Assembly: GCA_964611435.1 (NCBI GenBank)
Contig: CAZSXT010000014.1
Coordinates: 27,694-91,693 of the forward strand
Direction: 5' to 3'
Length of the DNA: 64,000 bases
From: an uncultured Rhodospirillaceae bacterium
Lineage (GTDB): Bacteria; Pseudomonadota; Alphaproteobacteria; Rhodospirillales; UBA2165
Below are positions 37,838 to 46,744 of this stretch, piece by piece. Numbering within the stretch: position 1 is the first letter of the stretch; each line of letters starts with the position of its first letter. The translations under genes and the position numbers were made by a program. The notes under the pieces were generated by a model. It was not told where the DNA came from. It worked only from the letters and a program-made list of their open reading frames with translations, and ran no database searches.

Positions 37838-37864
37838 GATCAACTCCGTGATGAGCTGACAGCC

Positions 37865-39283
37865 ATGGCCAAAGAAACTCAATCTCTCCATTCCTCCATT
37901 CCCTCCGTCGACAAGCTGCTGCGTCTGGATGCCGCCGCGCCTTTAATCGACGAGTACGGTCATCAGATGTGCGCCGTGGCCTTGCGTCAGGTGATTGACG
38001 AGACCCGCCGCGCCTTGGCAGACAAGGGCGAGGCGGCGTTGCCGCTGACCGAAGAGGCCGCCGTTATCGGCCGGCTTCATGATCGTCTGATCCGGATGAG
38101 CGCGCCGTCGTTGCGCCCCGTCATTAATCTCACCGGGACCGTGCTTCATACTAATCTGGGCCGTGCGCCCCTGCCGCAGGAAGCCATCGACGCCATGTGC
38201 GTGGTGGCCGGCGGCGCGTCCAATCTGGAATACGATTTGGCGAGCGGCAAGCGGGGTGACCGTGACACCCATATTGATGACCTGCTAGCGGAGATCACCG
38301 GCGCCGAGGCCGCGACGGTAGTCAACAACAATGCCGCCGCCGTGTTGCTGGTTCTCAACACACTGGCCAACCGCAAAGAAGTGCCGGTGTCCCGCGGCGA
38401 ACTGATCGAGATCGGCGGGGCGTTCCGTATTCCCGACATCATGAAGCGGGCGGGGGCCAAACTGGTGGAGATAGGCACAACCAATCGCACCCACCTGAAG
38501 GACTATGCCGAAGCGATCAGTCCCAAAACAGCGGCGCTGATGAAGGTGCATACCAGCAACTACACGGTTCAAGGCTTCACCAAGGAAGTCACGGGTAAGG
38601 AGCTGTCGGCCCTGGCACGCGAACACGATCTGCCCCTGATTGAGGATTTGGGCAGTGGTACGCTGGTCGACCTCAGCCGCTATGGGCTGCCCCACGAACC
38701 GACGGCCCAGGAAACCCTGGCCAATGGCGTGGATGTGGTGACGTTTTCCGGCGACAAGTTATTGGGCGGGCCGCAGGCCGGTTTGATTGTCGGCACGAAG
38801 GAGCTGGTCCAAAAGATCAAGAAGAACCCGATGAAGCGGGCATTGCGCCTCGACAAGGTGACCATCGCCGCGTTGACGGCGGTGCTGCAGCTCTACCGCG
38901 ACCCTGATCGGCTGGCCGCCCGCGTGCCGACCATCCGGCTATTGGCCCGGTCCGAGGCCGATATCCGCGCGGTGGCTGACCGGGTGAAGGCGCCGGTGGC
39001 TGACGCGCTCGGCGACAACTACGTGGTCCGCACGGTTGAAGTGCAAAGCCAGATCGGCAGTGGTTCATTGCCGGTGGAACGTCTGCTCAGCGTGGCGCTC
39101 TCAATCGAGCCCCTGAAGGGCAGCCGCGGCAGTGCGCTTAAGAAACTCGCCGCCGCTTTCCGCACCTTGCCCATACCGGTCATCGGCCGCACCCAGGATG
39201 ACGCCTTTCTGCTGGACCTGCGCTGTCTGGAAGATGAGGACACCTTCCTTGGCCAGCTCGGCGAACTGGGCCTCAAGTCATGA
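37865..39283 (+). CDS. selA: L-seryl-tRNA(Sec) selenium transferase
   Basis: The N-terminus [17 protein letters not shown] parallels E. coli SelA. The PLP-Lys block [13 protein letters not shown] is present. I chose the ATG at 37865 rather than the TTG at 37820, which lies inside the hairpin. Confidence 0.9.
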   Translation: MAKETQSLHSSIPSVDKLLRLDAAAPLIDEYGHQMCAVALRQVIDETRRALADKGEAALPLTEEAAVIGRLHDRLIRMSAPSLRPVINLTGTVLHTNLGRAPLPQEAIDAMCVVAGGASNLEYDLASGKRGDRDTHIDDLLAEITGAEAATVVNNNAAAVLLVLNTLANRKEVPVSRGELIEIGGAFRIPDIMKRAGAKLVEIGTTNRTHLKDYAEAISPKTAALMKVHTSNYTVQGFTKEVTGKELSALAREHDLPLIEDLGSGTLVDLSRYGLPHEPTAQETLANGVDVVTFSGDKLLGGPQAGLIVGTKELVQKIKKNPMKRALRLDKVTIAALTAVLQLYRDPDRLAARVPTIRLLARSEADIRAVADRVKAPVADALGDNYVVRTVEVQSQIGSGSLPVERLLSVALSIEPLKGSRGSALKKLAAAFRTLPIPVIGRTQDDAFLLDLRCLEDEDTFLGQLGELGLKS

Positions 39284-41205
39284 TTATCGCCACTGCCGGA
39301 CATATCGATCACGGCAAGACGGCGCTGGTCCGGGCGCTGACCGGCATTGATACGGACCGGCTGCCGGAAGAGAAAAAGCGGGGCATGTCCATCGATCTGG
39401 GCTTTGCCTATCATCCGCTGGAAAGCGGGCATGTCCTGGGCTTTGTCGATGTGCCGGGCCACGAGAAGTTTATCCGCAATATGCTGGCGGGCGTCACCGG
39501 TATCGATTACGCCATGCTGATTGTCGCCGCCGATGACGGGCCCATGCCCCAGACCGAGGAGCATCTAGCCATCCTTGATTTGCTGGGAGTGACCGACGGG
39601 ATTGTCGCCCTCACTAAAATCGACCGGGTGGACGCCGCTCGTATCGACGACGCCAAGGCGGAGATCGAACTCCTCCTTGACGGCACGTGTCTGCAGGGCG
39701 CGGACATTATGCCGGTCTCCGCTATCACCGGCAATGGTGTGGACGCAATCAAAGAACATCTGGAGGCGCTGACGGATATCGTCGGCGAAAAGCAGGGGGA
39801 AGGACATTTTCGCCTCGCCATCGACCGTTGTTTTACCGTGCAGGGCGCAGGCCTCGTCGTCACTGGCGCTGTGTTCTCCGGCAAGGTCACGGTGGGAGAC
39901 CATTTGGTGATTTCGCCGGAAGGCTGGGAAGCGCGGGTGCGGGGCATCCATGCGCAGAACCAGGAATCCGAGACCGGCGTCGTCGGCCAGCGTTGCGCCG
40001 TCAACCTCACCGGGCCCGATCTTCGCCGCTCGGAGGTGCATCGCGGCGGCTGGCTTCTAAGTCCGGAGATACACAAACCCGTGCCCCGGTTTGATGCGCG
40101 CATCCGGGTATTGCCGGGGGAGGCTAAACCGCTGCGTCACTGGACTCCGGTGCACGTGCATCTGGGCGCGGCGGAAGTTTTGGGGCGGGTGGCCATCCTG
40201 GGCGAAAAGTCTCTCGCCCCCGGCGAAGACGGCTTGGTACAGATCGTCCTCGACCGGCAAATCGGCGCGTTGAAGGGAGACGGGTTCATCCTGCGGGACC
40301 AATCGGCCCAGCGGACCCTCGCCGGCGGCCGGGTGATCGATCCGTTTTCACCGGCCCGCAATCGCGCCAAACCGGAACGGTTGGCCTTCCTTGCCGACAT
40401 GGATCAGCGGGACGCGGACGAGGCGCTGGCGGCGCTGCTGGCGCATAATCCGGCGGGCATTGATCTGAAGGCCTTTACCACCGCCTGGAACCTGACGGCG
40501 GCGGATAAAGAAGTCGTGTTTGAGATGGCGGAGATGTTTGTCGGTGGGACCGAGGCCGCGCCGATCGCTTTTTCGCCGGATCATTGGCGGGCGCTGAATG
40601 AAGAGACGTTGGCAAACCTGAAGGCCTGGCATGAAAAGAATCCGGACAAGGCCGGTCTTAACACCCATGGGCTACGCTCGGCATGCTCCACCCGTATTCC
40701 GGTGCCGGTGTTCCAGAGCGTGCTCGATCATCTGGTCGAGGAAAAGCAGATCATTAACCTTGGCGCGGGCTATTGTCTGCCGGGGTTCGAGCCCACGATG
40801 TCCAAGAAGGACACACAACTTTGGAACAAGGTAAAGCCGATCCTGGAAGAGGAGTTCACACGGCCCCCGGTGGTCCGGGAACTGGCGGATCAACTCAATG
40901 TGGACCACAAGGACCTGGAGAAATATCTGGTCCGGATCGCCAAGCTGGGCATGGTCAAGCAGGTGGCCAAGAACAGGTTCTTCCTGCCCGAGGCCGTCCT
41001 TGAACTGGCCGCGGTGGTGGAGAAACTGGGCCAGGGCGCGAACGGGGAAGGTTTTGGCGCGGCCGAGTTCCGGGATCAAACAGACACCGGTCGCAACCTC
41101 GCCATCGAGGTGCTGGAATTTTTCGACAAGTCCGGGCTCACCTTCCGCCGGGGCGACACCCGAAAGGTGATGAAATCGGTCTCTGACGTTTTCGGGGAGA
41201 AGTAG
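39280..41205 (+). CDS. selB: Selenocysteine-specific elongation factor
   Basis: G-domain [21 protein letters not shown] and TKID, plus a long winged-helix C-terminal extension. ATGA overlap with selA. Confidence 0.9.
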   Translation: MIIATAGHIDHGKTALVRALTGIDTDRLPEEKKRGMSIDLGFAYHPLESGHVLGFVDVPGHEKFIRNMLAGVTGIDYAMLIVAADDGPMPQTEEHLAILDLLGVTDGIVALTKIDRVDAARIDDAKAEIELLLDGTCLQGADIMPVSAITGNGVDAIKEHLEALTDIVGEKQGEGHFRLAIDRCFTVQGAGLVVTGAVFSGKVTVGDHLVISPEGWEARVRGIHAQNQESETGVVGQRCAVNLTGPDLRRSEVHRGGWLLSPEIHKPVPRFDARIRVLPGEAKPLRHWTPVHVHLGAAEVLGRVAILGEKSLAPGEDGLVQIVLDRQIGALKGDGFILRDQSAQRTLAGGRVIDPFSPARNRAKPERLAFLADMDQRDADEALAALLAHNPAGIDLKAFTTAWNLTAADKEVVFEMAEMFVGGTEAAPIAFSPDHWRALNEETLANLKAWHEKNPDKAGLNTHGLRSACSTRIPVPVFQSVLDHLVEEKQIINLGAGYCLPGFEPTMSKKDTQLWNKVKPILEEEFTRPPVVRELADQLNVDHKDLEKYLVRIAKLGMVKQVAKNRFFLPEAVLELAAVVEKLGQGANGEGFGAAEFRDQTDTGRNLAIEVLEFFDKSGLTFRRGDTRKVMKSVSDVFGEK

Positions 41206-42819
41206 TTACTTGCCACCCAACCGTGGTGCCGCGAAGGTGCCGGAGCCCCGCTGCGGATAGCGGGCCAGCGCAAAGCCCTGCTGATGGCAGGCACGGGTGA
41301 TCACGGTCGCTTTCCAGAATGCCCCGCCGATCACGGCGAAGCCGCCGCCGATGCCGAGAAGCCAGGCCGGACTCGTCGGCGAAATGGTCATGACGGTGAG
41401 GAACAAGATCGCCGGCAACAGGTTCCCGACCAGCAGGACCATGGGCGTCGCTTTATACAGGATAACCTGCGACAGGGGGCCGATGCCGTTCTCGGCCGCC
41501 TTGGTCACGTAGGCCCGCCATAAGAGCACGTTGACCACAATCAGCGCCAACCCGGCCAGCGGCAGGGGGTCAGCAGAGGCCAGCGGCTGCGGATCAATGG
41601 CCAAGATCACCGCCAACAGCCCCGCGCCTTCCAGCAGGCCCGAGGTCATCAGCATCCAGGGCATCAGCGGCACCCGCCAGGACGGGATGCCCTTGGCGGC
41701 GTGCAGGATGCGCGCCTGGCAATACAGGAACAGCAAGGCAAACACCGCGACCAGCGCGTGAAAAACGGGATGTGGCTGCAGATAATCAATGAAGCCCAAC
41801 AGATAGAGCGCGACGACGGCGTACACCTCCCGCGACATCCACGATGTTTGCGGCCGCAGGATCACATAGAGGGCGCGGAGCTTCCGGCCGATCTTGAGCC
41901 AGACGAAGAACAGCCCGACGGCGATGATCGCGCCGGCGCCGGCAAAAATATTCAGCATCGCCGATTCAGCCAAACCGGCCATTACATGCATCAGGTACGT
42001 CAGTAAAATGAGCCCCGAGCCGATGCCGCCCATGATGAAGTTCATAGCGGCGCGCATATCCCAGAAAGTCTGCGCGTTCCCGGTTAGCGGATTTTCCGGA
42101 TCGCTCAGCCGTTCGCCATCCACATCTGAATCCCCCGGATCGCGGCCCGGGACGGCCGGCGTTTCGTAGAGGTATTTAATCTGCGGATCAGTGCCGAGTT
42201 CAGCATGCATTTGGAATGACGGACGGCTCGCCACCTGTTGAGAGACGATGCTCTCCGGGTCATTGAAATCCCCGAAGGTGATGGCCGATGCAATGCAGGC
42301 CGCCGCACAGGCCGGGGTGGCGGACTGATCAACGCCGGGCTTGAGACCGTTCTCCAACCCGTCATCCACGCGGGTAATGCAGAAGGTGCATTTCTGGGCA
42401 ACGCCCAGCCGGTCGTCATGGGCGACGGTTTTCTCCTGCAACGTCTCTTCGCCGAAATAGAACTTCTTGTCGTGGACGATGGTGCGCGCCTGGTACGGGC
42501 ACGCCACCGCACAGGATGCACAGCCGATACAGAGGTCGTAGTCCATGGTCACCAGACCATCGCCCCGCTGCTTGGTCGCGCCGGACGGGCAGACCGGTAC
42601 ACAAGGAGGTTCCGCACAATGTTGACAGCCGACCACCATAAACAAACGTTCTACATTCGGGAAAACGCCGGTCTCTACATCCAGAACGCGCCGCCACTGG
42701 ACACCCGGCACTGTGTCGTTGGCGTGTTTGCAGGCGACCGTGCACGTCTGGCACCCAACGCAACGGTTCACATCGACGGTCATGCCCCAGCGGGGTGTAT
42801 GTGGTGACATCTCGTTCAT
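41206..42819 (-). CDS. Fusion protein: four-cluster [4Fe-4S] ferredoxin-type subunit joined to NrfD/PsrC-like 8-TM membrane anchor
   Basis: Cys motifs CVGCQTCTVAC, CQHCAEPPCVPVC, CIGCASCAVAC and CTFC, followed by about 8 hydrophobic helices in the C-terminal ~290 aa. No Tat leader. Confidence 0.85.
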   Translation of the reverse strand: MNEMSPHTPRWGMTVDVNRCVGCQTCTVACKHANDTVPGVQWRRVLDVETGVFPNVERLFMVVGCQHCAEPPCVPVCPSGATKQRGDGLVTMDYDLCIGCASCAVACPYQARTIVHDKKFYFGEETLQEKTVAHDDRLGVAQKCTFCITRVDDGLENGLKPGVDQSATPACAAACIASAITFGDFNDPESIVSQQVASRPSFQMHAELGTDPQIKYLYETPAVPGRDPGDSDVDGERLSDPENPLTGNAQTFWDMRAAMNFIMGGIGSGLILLTYLMHVMAGLAESAMLNIFAGAGAIIAVGLFFVWLKIGRKLRALYVILRPQTSWMSREVYAVVALYLLGFIDYLQPHPVFHALVAVFALLFLYCQARILHAAKGIPSWRVPLMPWMLMTSGLLEGAGLLAVILAIDPQPLASADPLPLAGLALIVVNVLLWRAYVTKAAENGIGPLSQVILYKATPMVLLVGNLLPAILFLTVMTISPTSPAWLLGIGGGFAVIGGAFWKATVITRACHQQGFALARYPQRGSGTFAAPRLGGK

Positions 42820-42822
42820 GGT

Positions 42823-45567
42823 TCAGACCGCCTGCGGCCGTTTCGGCCCGTCGCCCCGTGTGATTTTGACCCGCGCCACGTCAGAGCCGCTGCCCGTGGA
42901 GTCCGTCAATTTAAGCGACAAAGATGTGAGAGAGTTCAGGCTCGGCAAGTGGAGATCCTTGGCGAAGGGCGTCTTCCAGTGATCGAACTGGCCGATCATG
43001 ACCACGGTGTCCGGGCGGATGCCTTCCCGCAGCACGGCGTATCCCTTGGTGATGCCGGAGACGGATTCGATGGTCACCGGATCGCCTTCTTCCAGGCCCA
43101 GCTCCCGGCCGCGAGTGCGGTTCATGATGACGCCCTTGTGGCCGGTGACGTTCTGCGCCACTTCGTTGATCAGCGGGATGCCGACGTTCAGTCCCCAGGA
43201 ATACTGCATGGAGCGGCTGGTGAGCGCCCAGAACGGATAGTCCTCCGGGTCATAGCCGGATTCCTGCACATGCTCCGTCCAGATATCCGGGAAGCGATGG
43301 TACTTGGGCAGGGGTTCGTATTCTTCCAGCTGTGTATCCCACCACTCCACGCCGATTTCGTGCAGCCGGTGGGCAAGCTGGGTGCCATGTCGCAGGATGC
43401 GTTCCTGATAGGGCAATTCGAACCGCATCCCATTTTTCTTGATGTGGGGGTAGAGGAACCATTCCAGCTGCGGGAAGGGGCGCAGCATGTAGCCCTTTTC
43501 CTTGAACCAGTCGATGCCGTTTATTTCCTCGCCACCGGAGAGCTCATGACTAGCAGCCTTGGCGGTCTTGTCCCAAATCTCTTCGACGCCGTAGGCTTGT
43601 TCCAGCTCCAGCCCGTAGTCGAAATCGTCGGTGACCAGCCGCGCGCCGTGGGCGCCCCTGTTGATGGCGTTGTTGTACTTATCAAGAATGCCCGACCGCT
43701 TCGCCAGCTCGGTGGCGATATCGGTCATGTCCATGCTATCGACCGGGCTCTCGACAGCCGGCTGGCGGATGGTCCAGCCCTGTTGGGTCCAAAGCTGTTC
43801 GACGAATTTGGTGCCGCCCAATTGAATAAGCTGCAGGCTTTCCAGGTCGGTGTTCTCAGGCAGCAGGATGTCGGCGAAGTGGTTGGTCTCGTCCGGCGTG
43901 TAGGCGAAGGACACAATGAACGGGAACTCGGCCACCCGCTCCGCCACCTCCGGCGCATTCCACGAAGAGATCGCCGGATTGGTGCGATAGCAGAACCAAA
44001 TGTCCGGCTTGGTCGGCGTTGGCCAGTTCTTCGGCGGGTTTTTCTGGAACAGCCATGGCAAATGCGCCGGGCCCAGCGCCGGCGACCAGGCGGAATTCGC
44101 AACCAGCGGCACCAAGGTCTGATAGGCGTTTCGGATCTGTGGGTTCCGGCTCCATTCCTCTTTGCTGGTCGGATTGAAGGGGAATTCCATAAACCCGTCC
44201 AAGCCTTTTACGGCGGAGGTAAACCGGTCGTTGGCCGGCCGGTTGAGCTTCACGTTGGTGCCGATCATGCCGCCCGGCACTTCCAGCGCGCCGACCAGGC
44301 ACAAGAGCATCGTCCGCGCCCAACAGCAGTTGTACCCGCCCCAACCGTTGTTGACCGTTTTGCCGAGTAACACGGCGACAGGCCGGTAAGGCAAGGTCTC
44401 TCCATCGATCTCGATGGTCGCGCCAATGTTGGCTTGTGAAAGGAACTCGTCGCCGATTTCCCGGATTCGCTCTGCCGGTACGTCGCATTCGGCCGCCGCC
44501 CAGTCGGGCGTGTATTCTTTCATATGATCCATCAGGACCTGGAAGGAGGGGCGCACCTCGACATTATCGTGGGTCCACTCCTGGCCGTCGGCGCCGATTT
44601 CCAGACCGGAGAGCGTATGCGTTCCCTCCATGGCCGGTTCACTGATCTCGGCATCGTAAGGCTTCGCCGTATTGTCGGCGAGGTCCAGGATCATCGGTTT
44701 TTGCGTCGCCGGGTCACGCAGGTAAAACCCGTTGGGGGCGATCAGGTAGGGGGAGTTGGTATCCCGGGTCAGATAGGGAACGTCACAGACCTCCCGCCAA
44801 TTGCGCTCAATCAGGATGCGATGAATGACGCCATACAGGAACGCGGCGTCTGTCTTCGGCTTGATCGGCACCCACTCCGCCGCCACCGCGCCGGTGACCG
44901 ACAGATGGGGCTCAACCTGGACCCGCTTTAATCCTCTCGCCCTGGCGTCCGCATGCCGCCAGATGCCAGCGACCCCTGTGGCCGCGTCGCCGTTGTGGCC
45001 GCAGGACAGAATATATTTCACCCGGGGCGTGTCCGGCGCGACGATAAAGGCCCGGTGCCACAGTTCGCCGTACAGATGTTCAGAATGATAGCACTTCACC
45101 CCCTGACCCGCGCCGAAGCCTAGATCCACCTTGCCGATTGCTGACAGGAGCGCAGGGAAGGTGCCCATATATTGGGTTGGGGTGCCGCCGCCGCCGAAGC
45201 TTGCGGCAATTCTCGGATAGCCGGACGAATCGGTGAGGCCGGTGTCGAACACCTCCTTCAGCTTGCCGGCGACGAGTTCCAGGGCTTCGTCCCAGGAGAT
45301 GGGCTCGAATCCAGGGTCCTCGTTCTTGCCCTTTTTCGGATTGGTGCGCCGCATGGGCTGCTTGATGCGGTGGGGGTTATAGGTCTTCTGGATCAGGCCG
45401 TAGGCTTTCACGCAGACCCGTCCGCCGCCGGGATGGGCATCCTGAATGCCGTATTGGGATTCCAGCCGAGTGGCGACGCCATTCTCCACCTCGATCTCCA
45501 TCAGGTCCGGCCCCGCCACGCACTGATAGCAGAAGGATTTGACGGTCTTTTTGGTGGACTGATCCAT
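42823..45567 (-). CDS. Molybdopterin (Mo/W-bisPGD) oxidoreductase catalytic subunit, no Tat signal, incomplete N-terminal FeS motif
   Basis: 914 aa with DMSO-reductase-family architecture. The N-terminus MDQSTKKTVKSFCYQCVAGPD has no twin arginine. It has C-x2-C, then no Cys at +4. GGAGAGG RBS. Confidence 0.9.
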   Translation of the reverse strand: MDQSTKKTVKSFCYQCVAGPDLMEIEVENGVATRLESQYGIQDAHPGGGRVCVKAYGLIQKTYNPHRIKQPMRRTNPKKGKNEDPGFEPISWDEALELVAGKLKEVFDTGLTDSSGYPRIAASFGGGGTPTQYMGTFPALLSAIGKVDLGFGAGQGVKCYHSEHLYGELWHRAFIVAPDTPRVKYILSCGHNGDAATGVAGIWRHADARARGLKRVQVEPHLSVTGAVAAEWVPIKPKTDAAFLYGVIHRILIERNWREVCDVPYLTRDTNSPYLIAPNGFYLRDPATQKPMILDLADNTAKPYDAEISEPAMEGTHTLSGLEIGADGQEWTHDNVEVRPSFQVLMDHMKEYTPDWAAAECDVPAERIREIGDEFLSQANIGATIEIDGETLPYRPVAVLLGKTVNNGWGGYNCCWARTMLLCLVGALEVPGGMIGTNVKLNRPANDRFTSAVKGLDGFMEFPFNPTSKEEWSRNPQIRNAYQTLVPLVANSAWSPALGPAHLPWLFQKNPPKNWPTPTKPDIWFCYRTNPAISSWNAPEVAERVAEFPFIVSFAYTPDETNHFADILLPENTDLESLQLIQLGGTKFVEQLWTQQGWTIRQPAVESPVDSMDMTDIATELAKRSGILDKYNNAINRGAHGARLVTDDFDYGLELEQAYGVEEIWDKTAKAASHELSGGEEINGIDWFKEKGYMLRPFPQLEWFLYPHIKKNGMRFELPYQERILRHGTQLAHRLHEIGVEWWDTQLEEYEPLPKYHRFPDIWTEHVQESGYDPEDYPFWALTSRSMQYSWGLNVGIPLINEVAQNVTGHKGVIMNRTRGRELGLEEGDPVTIESVSGITKGYAVLREGIRPDTVVMIGQFDHWKTPFAKDLHLPSLNSLTSLSLKLTDSTGSGSDVARVKITRGDGPKRPQAV

Positions 45568-45590
45568 CTCTGCCTCTCCTCGGAAGACGG

Positions 45591-45998
45591 TTAGCCGCCC
45601 AGCACCTTTTCGCGTTTTGCCTGAAGGCGTTCAAAGGTTTTGGCGACATCGACAACAAAGCGATTGTGTTTGCCGCGCCCGACTTCTTCAAGGGAATCCT
45701 TTACCGTCGCCTCCATAGAAACAGCGCGGCCGTCCACTCCAACAACGGTGATGGTAATCTCTACGCTATCGCCCTCTACGGTCGCGCCCATATGATCCAC
45801 GGAAACATTAGTGCCCACGGTGTTCTCGCCCTCGTCGAGATGGTCCATCAGAAACGCGTGACAGGTGTATTCGATATCCTCGACCATGTTGGGGGTGGAA
45901 TACACCCGGCCTTCGTCGCCCATGAAGCCGATGGTGCGGTCCCGGTCGACCTTGATCCTATTGGTGTGCGTGAGACCCGGTTTTAATGTGTCCTTCAC
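45591..45998 (-). CDS. Hotdog-fold thioesterase-like protein
   Basis: 135 aa from the GTG at 45998, 3 nt after AGGGAGGGG. It resembles the small fluoroacetyl-CoA-thioesterase-like hotdog family (KPGLTHTNRIKV...). It lies 23 nt upstream of the Mo subunit gene. Confidence 0.7.
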   Translation of the reverse strand: MKDTLKPGLTHTNRIKVDRDRTIGFMGDEGRVYSTPNMVEDIEYTCHAFLMDHLDEGENTVGTNVSVDHMGATVEGDSVEITITVVGVDGRAVSMEATVKDSLEEVGRGKHNRFVVDVAKTFERLQAKREKVLGG

Positions 45999-46126
45999 CT
46001 GCCCCTCCCTTGATGGCAAACCTGTTTGTTCGACAATATTTTACCAGATAAGGGGTGTCGAACACTATTGTTCGGGGGGCGAACAATAGAGATTGAAGAA
46101 GATTAGCAGAATCTGCGAATCCTGAT

Positions 46127-46738
46127 ATGAGTAAAACCATGACGCCGATGGTTTCTTTGTCCAGATTTCGGGTTTTGTTGACCGCGATTGTGCTTGGGAC
46201 AGCGAATTGCTTACCGGCCCTTGCGGAAAGCGAGTTTGCCGAGATCGACAAATCCCGCTCCGAAATCAGCATCCTCGGCGATGACGGCTTTATTCTAAAG
46301 CGAATGGCGAAGAACGGTCCTTACCAGTACCGGGAAGCCGTGCACTTGGATGGCGGGGTCATCATGTATTCGCGAACCCACCCTGGCGCTCACTTCACCT
46401 ATGCCAACGATCCGCGGACGGATATAAGGGACAGATTGAATGATTCCCCAAAGGCCAAAGCCTTCGGCCTTAGTGTGGAGATTAAAGAGGTCAAGCGGGG
46501 CGAAACCGTGGATTTCTATTATCTCTACGCCGCTAAGGGAAATTTCAAGGGAAGCTGTTTCCACGCTAGCGGATTTTTCGGTGTCGGGGATTTTGCGGGT
46601 AGCCAAGTTATGGATGTCAGTGTGTGCCGTCCGTCCAAATGGGGAGGTCCCGGAAAACTGCGGGACGAAATGCAGGACATCATCAAGCGGTTAAAATTCG
46701 ACGGCGGCAAGCTGAACCGCAAGGAGAAGGGCAGTTAG
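46127..46738 (+). CDS. Hypothetical secreted protein
   Basis: 203 aa with a signal-peptide-like N-terminus ending LPALAESE. I recognise no family. Confidence 0.6.
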   Translation: MSKTMTPMVSLSRFRVLLTAIVLGTANCLPALAESEFAEIDKSRSEISILGDDGFILKRMAKNGPYQYREAVHLDGGVIMYSRTHPGAHFTYANDPRTDIRDRLNDSPKAKAFGLSVEIKEVKRGETVDFYYLYAAKGNFKGSCFHASGFFGVGDFAGSQVMDVSVCRPSKWGGPGKLRDEMQDIIKRLKFDGGKLNRKEKGS

Positions 46739-46744
46739 AAACCG

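Noticed and set aside
37720-37864. Possible tRNA-Sec (selC) upstream of selA
   Set aside because: The only UCA-anticodon-like string (CTTCAAC, minus strand) sits in an 8-nt loop of a stem that carries an A-C mismatch on that strand, and it is flanked by an A-run. On the plus strand it is a good terminator. I could build no 8-bp acceptor stem, T-arm (GTTCRA) or long variable arm. A 9-nt identity to the E. coli selC 3-prime acceptor (TGTGATCTT at about 37748) has no complementary 5-prime strand. A covariance-model scan is still advisable.
42949-44370. 473-aa plus-strand ORF inside the Mo-oxidoreductase gene
   Set aside because: It is antisense to a full-length, motif-bearing 914-aa molybdopterin subunit and has no motifs of its own.
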